Of a DNA stretch of 64,000 nucleotides, positions 1-13,631 are shown piece after piece; position 1 is the stretch's first letter, and every line of letters starts with the position of its first letter. Source of the stretch: Marsupella aquatica (lineage: Eukaryota > Plantae > Marchantiophyta); assembly GCA_973895155.1 (NCBI GenBank), contig OZ316894.1, positions 20,590,451 through 20,654,450 of the forward strand, written 5' to 3'. Both the position numbers and the translations under genes were made by a program. Below the pieces are notes generated by a model. That model was not told the origin of the DNA. It saw nothing but the letters and a program-made list of their open reading frames with translations, and made no database searches.

Positions 1-803
1 CAGAATTGTTTTAAAATTTGGCATTTGTTAGATAATCTCACGCATGGATCTAGATTCTAGTTTTTGTCAGGCTGACATAGACATTGAGAATTAAATTCTA
101 ATCTATTGCAAGCTTTGTCAAACTTTCTAAGTTTGAATAACACTGTATGGTCAATTCATCTTATCCTTGTTCCAATCAGATTGCTAAGAACGTTAAAAAT
201 AGATAGGGAACTACTGTACCTGGCTTCCAACGATCACATAACCTTCAGAATAAAACTGAGATCTATACCTGTTGGGAGAAACTAGCTCTCTGGGAGAGGC
301 GCAACAATAAAATACGTCGCCGACATGCAGCGCTCCTGTCCAACGGAAGCAGGCATAGTGTTAGGAGAATAGAAAAAATGTAGCTGTCATGCAGAGCTCC
401 AATGAAAGCACATAAATGTTACGGAGTAGGAAGATCTGGAAACCAAATGTGTCATTCTTTATACCGTTGGAAAGAAGAAGTCAAGCCGCATCCAACAAAC
501 ATAGACACTCAGGTTTTGAGAGAAAGAGGAAGACGCAGTATGAATCGTAAGTAGGCAAAAAAATGCAAAAATAACATAGCTAGACACAGAAAAATGCATA
601 AATGTTGACTGGGTCAATGTGACACGATTTTCAATAATACTGGATGAAAACAGGCGATTAAGGCATCGTTGGAAAGGATTTTCAAATGCTTTTGAAACAA
701 GCCCATGAGCAAGACTTCTTGTTGAGTAAACACTGAGATCGGAAGACAAGTCAGAGAAGGAGATTGAAGGAACATCAATCCTCCATTACAACCGGGAGCC
801 AAG

Positions 804-940
804 AAGAAACGAATAAAGAACAGCGCAGGTGATGCGAACTGCTAGCAAACCCCTGCGGCAAGGCTCTGCTTGGAAGAAACGAATGAAAAACAGTGCAGGT
901 GATGGGAACTGCTAGCAAACCCCTGCAGCAAGGCTCTGCT
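804..940 (+). repeat. Two ~69-bp direct repeat units (aagaaacgaat...ctgctagcaaacccctgc.gcaaggctctgctt)
   Basis: Near-identical units at ~804-871 and ~874-941 read directly. Confidence 0.8.
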
Positions 941-1227
941 TCACTTTGGTCGATATCAAAATTATACACATAGATGCAAAGTGACGACATACATTCCACA
1001 TACAGGCTAGCTCACCTATTCTCCATCACTTTCACATCAGGTCACCTCAGCGCAGCACTCACTCAGCGATTACTCACAGTCCTAGCACTCACTCAGCAAC
1101 GACTCACAGTCCTGTATTCCAGCTCCATCTTGCCAAAACTTAGCTCAACTCCAGCTCACGGTTGAGGTCCAAATCATTCTTCAGCTCCAACTCACAGTTC
1201 AGGGTCTCAGCACTTGCACCAAAGCAC

Positions 1228-1428
1228 AACTTGATGTAGCTCTCGCTCCAAACTTTCCCGCAACTCACAAGATTGACCTTCAGATTTTGAGCTCCCATTA
1301 TACTTGCTACTTGACCTAGCAAACTAACTTGATGTAGCTCACGCTCCAAACTTTCCCGCAACTCACCTTACTCATAAGATTGAATTCCAGATTTTGAACT
1401 CCCACTATACTTGCTACTTGACCTAGCA
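1228..1428 (+). repeat. Two ~100-bp direct repeat units (aacttgatgtagctc.cgctccaaactttcccgcaactcac...tatacttgctacttgacctagca)
   Basis: Units at ~1228-1321 and ~1327-1428. Probably part of a TE or LTR. Confidence 0.75.
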
Positions 1429-3941
1429 CGCCCTACCTTGCAGGCACTCACACAGCAGTGCGCACGAGAAATCCACTCAATGTGAACTTTTCACCCAAAA
1501 CATGAGCGGGAGACATGCACTGAAAAATGGGACATTAATTCAAGTTAGAGGAAATGGAGGGAACCCTTGCCATCAAATTTGGCTTGGCCATAAGGAAAAG
1601 CGGAGGATGGCTGGCCATAGCTTTTGCACAAACTTAATTATTCAAAAGGTTTATTTTTTATTTTTCAGTAACCTCTTCATTCACTTATGATCAAGACATA
1701 TATCCAATTGTTATGGCAAAAAGTGATAAATTATGACTTAGGTAGTTCATAACTTGTTCTGCCCATAAACTGTCCACCCGCCTGTCCATAACTTGTGATG
1801 TCTGTATGTAAGCAGCTTTGAGACACATTATTTGAAACTTTGAGATGCCTTATTGGTTTACATGGTTCAAGGCCATATTGGTTAGTGTCACTACTGAAAA
1901 ATATGACATTGTAAAGTGTGGCATTGGTTAGTGCCAACCTCCCTCAAAGTCTTGAGTTGGCACAAGTTGTTCAGATGGTCGGCACTAGACATTGATTGAA
2001 GATAATGGAGCCAACTGTTACGTGGAAGTTCCCATTGATATAACCGTGCATCCTCTTACACAAAACAGTAGTCCAACTTACTGATCCCCAACATTTGGTC
2101 ATAAACAATGGTTCACATTTGGGGAAAGGGTATATTAATTATATTTGGCGCAAATTAATGTACACCATGAGATTAAATAACTTAAGCCATGGCACAATTG
2201 AGTTCTTTAGGTATAGAACTAAATTGTAATGTCCTTATGCTACTTATCATCAAATCCTTTTGACTTACTTACCACAGTCACATGAATGACTCTCCAATGA
2301 GTCAGGAGTAACATATCTTTTCATTACCTGAAAAACTCTTAGTTAACCGTGAACATAGTGGTTCAATGGGCAAAGGCAAGGGAGGGCCAAGAGGGGGTAC
2401 CTCACTACGTACAATAGTGTCATGTGCCAAAGAAAGGAAAAAATAAATAGAGTTAGAGTGAAAAGACGCAAACATGACGTTTTTACTTGAAAAGTAGAAA
2501 AATGTGATTTTATAAAAGAATGAACAGTAAGCAGATAAGAGGGCAATGACTAAACTATTTTTTAAGTTGAAAAGGAGGAAAGAATCTTTAAAAAGTGAAT
2601 AGTAAAGGAATGAAAGCGCAATGACTGCATTACATGACAAAAGAGAAAAGAATAATAAAAGAACTTAGTTAAATTCTTGACTTAGCACATATGATAAAAG
2701 AGAAGACTCCGACACTGTTTCCCTCCTAGAACAAGTAAAAACAAATATTGTGTTTGCTGCATGCGGACAAACATACCCTATCTGAATCAAGAAAGAATAA
2801 AGATTATGTTTCATTTGCAAAGAGGTATGCTATCAAAATTTAGTATTCAATTTGTCATTATAAATACGATTGACTCCAAAGTACAGGAAGTATTAGGGGT
2901 GCAGAGTCGGGCTGGCAGTCGGGTGGAGACTAATACCTTCCAAACTGGGCCTTTCCAGGTTTTGGTGATTGCTAACCCACAAGACATAAATAAAACCCTC
3001 ATAGAAACTGTCACAACAAGGTCACTTCTCAGGTCGCTTACGGAATGATGGGATCGAATACATAACGCAGACTCTCAAGAGTGTGGCAATTGTTTCTGCT
3101 TGCCATAGAGTTGTTTAGTTCGAGGATACTTCTTTCATTTCATAAAACTTAACCCAACTCAGATTGTTCATTGAGCTAACTTTGGGGAATGAGTATAACT
3201 TGCCCACTTGAAGGGTGTTTTTAATCCCATTCTGACTAATTTTTATAATTAAATTACAACAAACCAACCTCCAAATTTATACAAGTTTGGGTTTATAAGT
3301 CAGAAAGATATTTCCAAAGTGGTGGCATATTAATCAGACTGAAGGGGTCTTATAATGTATGTGCCATGCGTCATTGTATAAGTGGTCCATGTGGCAAGGT
3401 CTCTTTGCAATATGTGGCAAATCCTTATATTTCCATTTTAATGGGTGCGCCTATCCTAAGGTAAAATCAGGGGTAAAAGGGTTTTGGGGGTTTAGTGAGG
3501 GGGTAAGTTTGGGAAAGGCTTTGGTATGACAGATTCAGAGTTTTGTGGGGAGTGCACAGATCAAAGTCTTGAAAGGTCCAGATCTTTTGTCTTAGAGCCT
3601 ATACCAGTTCCCGGTACCAGTTTTGGGGACCAGTTTGGCCAAACTGGTCATTCAAACATAATTATATAAATTGTATGTGTGACTGTATGCATCCTTTTGT
3701 TTGGAATACTTGTGTATCTGGTATGCTAGCCCTATGTCGGGTTTTCCTAATTATAATTCAAATATAGATTTCACCAGTTTTATAAACGTTATCAAAAATT
3801 AATTTTTTACATATAACAACGATATACTTAATATACATAGAGTGAGGGCCCGGGCACAGGTCCCCCACCCCTAGACTGCCCCTAATCCCCATGACTAATC
3901 ATTTACTTTAGGCAATCATTTCAATTTTTATTATGTTTGAC

Positions 3942-3966
3942 TTTAGGGTTTAGGGTTTAGGGTTTA
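3942..3966 (+). repeat. Short interstitial plant telomere-type repeat (TTTAGGG)3
   Basis: tttagggtttagggtttagggttt seen directly. Confidence 0.8.
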
Positions 3967-4817
3967 CATGATCAAATTGCATAATGATTTGTGGACAAAT
4001 AGAAAAATGACACTCCCCTTCTTTGACTATGACCCTTGGTTTCTTAAAAATAATATCAAGATTTTGGAAATTATATAATTTTGAGCAAAAGAAGAGGCCC
4101 TCTTGAAGGATATTTCTTGTCTCCCAATAGCTTTTGGTCACACAAAGATTCATTGAGCTAACTATCCCTAAGGAGATATTTATAACCTCATGGATGTGCT
4201 TCCTACCAAAATACCCTTATTTTCACAACTACCCAGGGTTTTCCTCAAACTTTTCAAGTGTTAATCTATTATTGAGAACGTACAATGCATTTGAGCTCCG
4301 TCCTGGTAATGCTCCTGGAGACCCTGAGCACTATGATTTCATCTCACAATGCCAAATTCAAACACAACACCACATACATACAAAAAGCCAAAACAGAGAG
4401 TCAAAACCTATATAGTAGAGTAACAAAGTAAAGACTTAATCACTATGTGGAACTTGTGGGGAAACTTGGAGATAATAGTTATGTCTCTACCTAACAGATT
4501 GATGTCGTCCAGTGAGATCTTTTCATGTTGGTCCAGGAGTCTAATTCTGGATTTTGAAGTGTTGTGGTTAGAAATTTGTTCTCTAAGCCGTAGTATGCTT
4601 GTCACATTATAAGAAAGCTAGGTTCTTTTTAAGGTTTATCAAAATGCAGTAGTTCATCTGACAACTTAATGTATCTTGGTTCTGTAGGGGTGGTAGATGG
4701 TTCCTATGCGATGGTCTTCAAACGTATTGTTTATGGTCAGCTGAAGAACCAAGGTATAACCATTTGATTCAACACAACTTGGAGTTCTCAATTTCTACAG
4801 ATTAACTTGACATATCA

Positions 4818-4888
4818 GGATTCAACCCCGGATTCAACCCCGGGATTCAACCCCGGATTCAACCCCGGATTCAACCCCGGGATTCAAC
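4818..4888 (+). repeat. 12-13-bp minisatellite GGATTCAACCCC(G), ~6 copies
   Basis: Six GATTCAAC cores in tandem. Confidence 0.9.
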
Positions 4889-6175
4889 TAAGTATCTTCA
4901 GTTGTGATTATTCTACTAGGGAGTTTGAGGTGAGGATCTCAATGGCTGGAAAGTTTCCCATCCTAACTTGCTATGGGACTTGCTCTTGTACTCCATTTTT
5001 TTGCCGTTAGGCATGGCATTGCTCTTACATAATTATCCTTTTGATGGCTTTGATTAAAGCTGCTATTGCATACCCTTTTGACTGTGTTGCTTAAACCTGC
5101 TTTGCCGAAAGCTGCTGTTGCATAATTACCATTTTTATACAGTACTTGTTTTGAAAAAGACTTCAATTGTTTTCTACCAGCTTCACGGTATGCAACAGCA
5201 GCTTTAATCAAAGCCATCAAAAGGGTTTAGGGTGTAGACTAGTGCTATCTCCTTGCTTTCCACATTCACAAATTATTAGAGTATCTACTTACAATAATGG
5301 ACACTTACAATAATGGACCCTTAATCTACTTTTACATGCTCCCCCAGGTCCATGAACACACCCTAATTTATTTTTACATCAAACTGCCAAAAGCAGAAGG
5401 CGCCCAACTGGGAGACACGATCCCACAGGCCAAAAACCCAATCAAGGGAGAACACAAAAAAGGCCAAAACATTTATCAGTTTAGGGTTAACAGCAGGCAG
5501 GGTTTCCCGCACAAGAGGAGACACAAAAACCAAACCCTACCTATCAACATATGGAAGAGCTTGGTCAAGCTCAGGCGTAAACTGCATAGGAGGGTTAAGC
5601 AAAGGAATCCGACTAGGTGCCCGAAACCCACCTGCCTCTCTCTTACAAAGAATGGTTAAAACACAATAAGAAGAACCCACTAACTTAAAGTATGGTTGGT
5701 TTATAGTGCCCCTAGCTAACTATACCATTTTTCAATAATTAGTACATGGTTGAATCTCAACAAAAGCTTGAGCAACCCCAATTTGCAACATAAAAACTCT
5801 CAACCCAAATGGGCTTTTGACCCACAGCAAATAATGGCCAAAACTCTCTTAATGCGCCTTTGAATACTAATGTACCCGAGTAGAACTAAATAAACATAGT
5901 GAAAACTCAAAAAGAATAACTAAGAAATTTAAAGTATGGTTGGTTTAAAGTTCCTCATTCTTATTTGGTACGTTAAATTTGAATTCTCTTTGGCCCTGAG
6001 TTCCCAAGACAAATTATAAATTGTAATAGTTTCACAACAAACACAAATGGACCTTGTATTTGTTTAGGTTTGGATCTGGCACAACCATTGGCCCGGAATT
6101 TTGAAATGGACATGTCACAAGAGACCACATGGGCGCCCACAATGAGGTTTGACTACTTGGTAAAGGGTTCAGGGG

Positions 6176-6270
6176 CTTTAGGGTTTAGCTAGGGTTTAGT
6201 TAGGGTTTAGGCTGAAACCCTTAAAAACCCTAAACCCTGAACCCTGAACATGAAACCCTAGAACCCTAAA
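6176..6270. repeat. Degenerate telomere-like tract: TTTAGGG-like units followed by CCCTAAA-like units
   Basis: tttagggtttagctagggtttagttagggtttagg...aaaccctaaaccctgaaccctgaac...aaaccctagaaccctaaac. A further TTTAGGG tract lies at 6561-6587. Confidence 0.65.
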
Positions 6271-6429
6271 CATTACTTAGGTTAACTCTATTTAACCTTA
6301 AGCCTAAACATCGAAAACAGTCCTTAATCCTAAGATGCTCGGGGGGTTGACTATCAAAAATCTTAGGAACCACGTGCGATCCAAAACAGGTATTTTTCAT
6401 AGAAATTAGCTAAGATGACTTTGGGTTAA

Positions 6430-6930
6430 TTGTACAAATAAATAATGGTTGCACAAGACTGAGAGAGGCCCTTGTAGTAAGTTAAATTAATAATGGTTGC
6501 ACAAGGATTAAGAGATCAAGGGTTACCCTAGGGGTTAAACACATAATATATATAATCAGATTTAGGGTTTAGGGGTTTAGGGTTTAGATATAATAAGATT
6601 AAGGGGCGGTTACCCGAGTAGGTTTAATAATTCATATGTGTTGTGAAATCTTAGGCGAGTATTACCCCTAGTTATAGGCTATTAAATAATGGTAGTAAAA
6701 AGAACAAATCAGGTTACCTTAGTAATTTAAATAAATTATGGTAGTAAAAAGATTGAATGAGGTTACCTTAGTAGGTTAAATAATGATGGTAGTAAAAATA
6801 TTAAATGAGGTTAAATAAATTATGGTAGTACAAATGGTAAATTTAATCGTAAAGGAAGTAAGTTACCTTAGTAGTAAATGTATAATGGGTGCAAATTAAA
6901 AGATTAGGTGAGGATCCCCCTAGCAAGTTA
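6430..6930 (+). repeat. Degenerate AT-rich tandem repeat (~50-60-bp units)
   Basis: Recurring aaataatggt(tgcacaag/agtaaaaa) and ggttacc(c/t)tag motifs. Confidence 0.6.
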
Positions 6931-7252
6931 AAAATTTGTTTCAATTTACAAGCATATAATTGAAAATTTTATTAATTTTATGGCCAAGGCCTTGTAAACT
7001 TTTCTCTGCTCGAAGGGTACCTCCGGGCATTTACAAGACAAGATATGATCAGTTTGCATCAGATCGATTGGGCATGAGAATCAGTTACCGAAGGCCAAGG
7101 CAATCATAACCAGGTCAAAATTCAAAATTCAAAATTCCCCCCAAAAGTTTCATTTTGAAATGCGAACTTCCAGAATCCTCTTGTGGAGTCAAAAATGTTA
7201 AGTCTGTTTTGATCGTCTATGGAGTTCATTTACTAGGAAAGGGTTTTGATTC

Positions 7253-7325
7253 AGGAGAGCTACGAGGAGAGCGCTTCAAGCTGCGAGGAGAGCGCTTCAA
7301 GCTGCGAGGAGAGTGCTTCAAGTGC
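7253..7325 (+). repeat. 21-bp tandem repeat x3 (gctgcgaggagagcgcttcaa)
   Basis: Three consecutive units read directly. The surrounding ~6990-7870 has LTR-like composition but no verifiable termini. Confidence 0.8.
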
Positions 7326-10300
7326 TGGGAGGGGATACTTCAAGAGGAGAGCTGGGAGGAGTTCTTAGAGTAGAGATTGTTCAAGGAGATAGAGATTAAC
7401 ATTGAAGAGCGATCGAGGAGATTAGACAGTCAGCCTTCATCAAAGAGTCATAGTGTGCGACTATAGAGGAACTGGCAAGAGACTGCACGAGTTATTTGTT
7501 GATGAAGATTGAGTGAACTGTCTAGAGTGGCAGAGAAGATATACAAGTTGTATGTGTCTTCAAACTGTAAGTAACCATCCATTCGAGTTCTTCCTTTTTG
7601 CATTAGTTCTTCTTCAATCTTAGAATGAGAGATTGAATTGATGAATTAGATTGTGATGTGTGAACTCAATTCACTTCATAATATATATGAATCTTGAACT
7701 CAAGAATCATTCCCTAACTCGAACTTAAGTGAGAATTTAATCATTACGATTGTAGATTGTATTTGTAACTGAGTAATATATCCGATTCATTCTAATGTTT
7801 GATGAGGTTAATCTTTTGTTAACCTGTTCAACTTCAATCATAATCTACCTGAGTGTAGATTTTCACAAACTAACTAGCGTGAATGTTACTTGACATACAT
7901 AATTTAAAATTGAACGCATATAAGCAAACAAAGATACTTGAATGAAAGTAACATATATGTATGTGCTTTCTCCTAGATTTAACACCAAATAACTTGTGGG
8001 AGAATGTTATCATGATAAGTATTTGTGGTTGGTACATGAGCCTACCTTTGTCATGTTGTGGTTTTCTTAAACAAATGACTTTACTCGGAGATGTAAAAAG
8101 TGACTTTGAACCATGGTTCAAACCATATCAAACTAACTCAACTTGTAGATGGGAAAATGAAAGGTGAGTGCAAATCATGGTACGTAGCCCTTGAATTAAT
8201 GAGCCTTATTTAACAGCATCATCTAAAACTAGGAGTAAATTACCAAACTGACTAGTATACTCCTAGCTAGAAAAATAAAAATGTGACTATGACCAAAGGC
8301 CACAAACCATGGTTCATAGTCACATGATCTATATGATACATGAACCTCAGTCTCCTGCTTTGCTTAAGTATGATTATAACTCTCTTTAATATTGTTTACA
8401 TTCTGGTCAAGAGAAACTCATACATAAGTCCAATAGAATACATTTGATAAATACTTTCTTATGAATTCTAAACTGATGGAATTATTACACATCAAACAAT
8501 TATAATGCAAGATGACTTTCTCTTGTAATACTGATTTGCTTTTGTTTTAACATGTATCATTCATGGTGAATTTAAACCTAGCCTGAACACTGTTTCTTGA
8601 TGACAATACTATAAAAACACCCCATAAGAAACACTTCATATCTATAATATGATAAAAGATAGTCATGGTAATTATACGCCTTAGTACTTTTCTTATATTC
8701 TCATTAATGGAGCGAACCATGGTTTGCAGTTGCCATCTTGTGGTAAGACATCATTTAAGTATGTAGTAGTTTAGGGTTTTGGGTCAAATGTACACAATGC
8801 TTCTTGAACTCAATGGTAAGTAACAACCTGCCAACTTAGTTGTGAGGGCAACTCATCTCAGACAATTACACGAGAGTTCAAGGCTATTGAGAAACAAGGG
8901 AAACAAAGTAGGTCTGGAAAACTAAGACAAAAAGTATACGGTCCCTTGGGTATATTCAGAGAAAAAAACAACAACTATATCTTAGGAACAGAGGTTAACT
9001 TTGATTTGGATTGAATGTGCAGATAAAATAATGGCGACATCTTGGATTATTGTCGGTGAAACCGTAGGTTTGTGCATATCAAATAAAATGGTTGCGAAGG
9101 GTATCATTCAAAGTGTGGATCCATCTCGGATTTGCCATAATGTTCCTCTTGGGCCTCTTCAAGTTCTTGTTACTTTGAAAGAAGTATTTGATGGGGAAAT
9201 TCAATGGGATCATGGTGAAAGCTTGGCTGACATGATAGGATCTTTTCTAGTCTGGAAAAAAGGTCAACTTCAGCAACTTGAAATGGTTACTGGATACCTA
9301 CCTAATACCTCATACAAGAATGGAGCTTCAACGAGCAATGGAAGTGATACCAGCCAACCAGAGATCTCAAATGAGAACGAAGCTCAAGGAAACCAACCGG
9401 AGTGGTCAAATGAGAATGGAGTTGAATCTAGTGGAAATCCTCTTCGAATTTCATCCACAAGTTTATGGATGGGAATGGTTGTTAAAGTACTTGATGAAAC
9501 ACATTTTGCCTTTGCCATTGCAAGAGTAATGGCTGTTAATCCAGAAGTGACATTGGGAGATACTACTCTTCGAAATACACATGTGGGAATCTTGATAATT
9601 GATGAATATATTCAAGGTGCAACCAATGATCACCTGAAACATAGAGATTGTTTGAGGGCATGGCCATTGGATAGGCTCGTCACAAGTAATGAAAGGCTAT
9701 TAGCCTCATTTTTTGTAGATGCAGAGGAGGAGGATCTAGATGCTTCAAGTCGAAAGAGATCATACATTCCAATAACCAGAAAAAGAAAACAACCTTCTCT
9801 TTCTTTGTCAAAGAAAGACAAGTCCCTTTCCAAAGAAGATGTGGAGGAAATCAGAAAACAGAAATGTTGCCTTCGTCGGTGCTGCCATCTTCTTGACCCT
9901 CATGTGGCAAGGGGGATTAGGGAGAACTATTGGGAGAAATCATTTGAGATGCGAAAAGAGTATGAGATCAATGCTATTGTCAATATATTGGAACTATCTA
10001 ATACTGAAAAACTAATCATCATTGAAGGGAAGGCAATATGCTTGGAGGCATGGAGGATTTTGCACTCCAAAGGGCGAAGTTAATTCTATGAGCTCAGAAC
10101 GGCTGTGGGTAATGGGGTGAGGATAGCTTATCATGGACCAAGGAAAGAGAAGGATGACTGAACGAGTTTCTCAAGCCTATATGTCATTGCATGGGTTGAT
10201 TGATGAGTGCGCAGATCTTCATCCTGCAAAAATGAGGACGACTGCAGACAAATCTCGACAAGTTTTAAAGGAGCTACCTACAAGTTATACTTGGGAAAGT

Positions 10301-12074
10301 ATTAGGAACAAGCTCAATGCTACAAATTTAGAGCTTGGTCTTCAACCAATCTCCCAGTCCACATTGAGTATTTTACATCAAAAGTACTTCAAGGAAGTGA
10401 CGATTCATAAGAAAGGCAATAACTTTTCCAAGTCTACAACTTGTAGTGAGTTGATGCAACGGAAAGCAAATCTGACCGGTGTGAAAGAAGAGATTGAGAT
10501 TTTAAAGAGGGATGAAATCGCTCATCATCGTGATCATACCGAAGGCAGATTATTATATCACTCTTGGAGACGCCAGTCTGTTGATAATCCAAAACAGGTC
10601 TTATGCATAATTCATGATAAAATGGATCATTGTAAGACTGCACTACCAAGGATGCCCTTTTGTCCGAAAGAAGTGGATGGTGCGATTAAACTTCCAATTA
10701 CCTTGACTGGTATTTTGACTCATGGCCATGGTCCAAAAGCTATTGCTCAATATAATGTTGGAGTGTGGGCACCTGATGCCAATGCCACAATTGGTTCACT
10801 TGACACAATACTTCGAATGTTGGAAAATCCAGAACCGATGATCAAATCTTATGTGGAAGGGCCAGATTCCACAAAACTATTTGAAAACTTGCTTGAGGGG
10901 CGAGGACCTATATTGGAGGGAAAACTTCGTGAAGCATTTAAGGACGAAATATCAAATCTAGGTAATTATTTCACTTCAATGCAAATAAGTGTTGTTATTT
11001 TTATGCCATATTCAGTATCAACCATGCTTCCTTTGTAAGTGATGTGACCTTCCAAGGTGTCAACCAGAGTTCATTGTCAGTTGACATAAAGATTGTTATT
11101 ATTCGCTCATATGAGAGTCATTTTCTTAGGATATATCCTTGTTTGTTATTTTATGGGATAAGTGCAAACCATGGTTCGTTGATAGTTTATTTCAAAGTAT
11201 GAACCATTCTTTATTGTTAGTTTATTTGAGAGCACAAACCATGGTTCATTGTAACTAGCTTATTGAAAGTGTGACCCATGGTTTGTTGTTAGTGTATGCA
11301 AAACTTAGTGAGAACCATGGCTTGAACTGTTAACTATTTATTTCAGACTAGAAACTATAGTTCATTTGAGTTTATGTTCATAAATCGTTGCCCATGATGG
11401 TATATTATTGGTTATTCTATATGTCTAAGAAAATATGTAGGCTCTATGAAAATGTTTTGGCTCTAAATTAATTATTGACCCTAATATATATGGTTCTTAA
11501 ATTTTTGCAGCGAAGTCACACTCATTGGATGCGTCTTCTACCTTCAAGCCTCTTCCAAGAGTTTTGAAGTTACAACTTGACAATTGTGCAGGAGATAACA
11601 AAAACAGATATGTGTTGGGTTATTTGTCCCTACTGACAGCAAGAGATGTTTTTGAAGAGATTCATCTGGGATTTCTCATGGTCGGACATACTCATGAGGA
11701 TGTTGATGCTATGTTTGGCCATTTCTCTAAAAGTTTAATGCGTAACCCAACCTATTCTTTGGCAGATCTAATGTCATTGTTAATGGGGGCAAGGACTCCA
11801 CATCCAGTTCCCCATTTCGTGCAAGAGGTGCCCGATTTTAAATCATACTTGGAACCATACTTGCTTAAAGGAGGGGACTCATTGGTGGGGCATTTGCAAC
11901 CACGACTATTTCGATTGTATGTGCGTGATGATGGTATGCCATGCCTTCAATACAAAATGAAATGCCAAGAGGATGATTGGCTCCCAAGAGAAGGTATTGA
12001 GATGTGGTCGTGGACGGATGATAATAGTCCAAAACTTCCCGTAGGAGAACCAAAAAGATTACCAATGATAGAAA

Positions 12075-12477
12075 TGTTGGGTATTTACTCTTACGTCTAG
12101 GTTAGGTATGACGTGGTTGGTACAACAACGTGGATTGGTACAACTATGTGGTTAGGTACAACTACGTGATTAGGTACAACTATGTGGTTAGGTACAACTA
12201 TGTGGTTAGGTACAACTAAGTTGCACACTATATCATAAGAGGCATGTGTGCTTGGAGAGGTAGAACCAAGGCTCATTGTTATGGAGCCACTTGAGAGATA
12301 GGGAGAGCTTACACTGTGGAGACTCGGTATAGCCGACGGGCTTAGAGTTCAGTAAAGCTCTCTTGTGTGTTCCCGTGGACGTAGCCTCAAGGAGGTGAAC
12401 CACGTATCTCTTGTGTCGACTATTGTGTGTTGGATGGTTCATGGGCTTGCCGTTGCGATCGTCGTCTATGCTCAACA
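12075..12477 (+). repeat. 5' LTR of copia copy 1 (403 bp; 6 GGTACAAC cores of an 18-bp repeat)
   Basis: TGTTGGGT...CTCAACA; matches 18128-18566. Confidence 0.97.
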
Positions 12478-12479
12478 AT

Positions 12480-12491
12480 TGGTATCAGAGC
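12480..12491 (+). promoter_or_regulatory. Primer binding site (tRNA-iMet)
   Basis: TGGTATCAGAGC, 2 nt after the LTR. Confidence 0.95.
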
Positions 12492-13631
12492 ATGCTTGGG
12501 AGGTGACGTGTGTTCGTGACGGGATTTCATGACGGTTTTTCCAGCGTTGAGTATTGGTGGATTTTCCAGAGTTCCATCGCATGGAACTTGGAGTTTATGG
12601 GCTCAACGGATAGATCAGGGCAAGAGCTTTCTAACGGTGTGAAGAAATCGTTGAACGGAGCTCGTGGTGCAGAGAGATCTAAGTTTTTGTCATTCTGGAT
12701 TTTGTGAAGAAAGTTGGAAATCGACTCGGAGGGAGAAGCGTCAAGTGTTTTGACTCAACGGAGAGATTGAGGCAAGACGATTGTTTTTGAGTCCAGGATT
12801 GGCTCTTTGATGCAAAGAGGAAGGCTAAGCAAAATCAATTACCTTGTTGGACTTGGTGACGGCACCAAGTGCAATTGATCAACATTCGTTGTTGACAAGG
12901 TACCATTTTTTTCTCTTTGAAAAACTGATTCAAAATTGGCTATGGCAATTGAGAGAAATCTGTCATCTTTACCAATTTTTTTCTCCCTCGTTCTTTCCTT
13001 GTTTTGGGTGCTTCTTATATCGATCTTCATCGCCTCGGAGTCTAGTTTCCAAATCTGAAATCGGATCTTGATTTCGTCAAAACCCGAGTGAGATATCTTG
13101 TGTTTGGTGTCGAGGGGTACATTCTGCCGTATGTATTTTCTGCGCGCGCGACCAGATTTCGACGACGAAGGGTGGTAGGGGGTTTTGGGGGTTCGAGGAC
13201 ACATGTCAGCCCCTCGATTGTTCTTCCAAAATTCACACAGGGCCTGTACAAGGGTCATAGAATATTCCAAAAAACCAGAGAGCTATTTTTTGACCGTCCG
13301 ACAAAGATTTCATCCGCCGAACGGTAACTTTTTTGGTTATTTTTTGGCGAGGTCGTAGCCATTGAAGTTGGCAATGCAGCGCACCAATCACATCGCAATT
13401 TCGACAACGGGTTGTACTTGGTATTTTGGTTATTCCCTGAGGTGGTCAAAACGGGGGAGTTTCCCAAGGTTTTACCCACCTCGACCGAAATTTGAATAAC
13501 TTTTCCGTCAAATTTCAATTTTGATTTCGGTTTTCAGTATTGGACTCCTAGCTTTGTGGGCTACGTGGCGGTGTTGAGTTTCAAATTTTTTGAGAAGTTG
13601 TGAAAAACAACATTTTTTGTGACTTTCTCAT

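Noticed and set aside
6341-6375. Similarity to 25441-25478 (ggggttga...cttaggaaccac) as termini of the Sola element
   Set aside because: Direct rather than inverted orientation, short, and no TSD.
6990-7870. Possible solo LTR
   Set aside because: LTR-like composition, but no TG...CA pair with a matching TSD or PBS was found.
12119-12220. 18-bp repeats in the LTR as a CRISPR-like array
   Set aside because: Head-to-tail units with no unique spacers, inside a eukaryotic LTR.
12839-13270. 143-aa antisense ORF in the copia leader, also present in copy 2
   Set aside because: Non-ATG start and no recognisable motif. Conservation is explained by near-identity of the copies.
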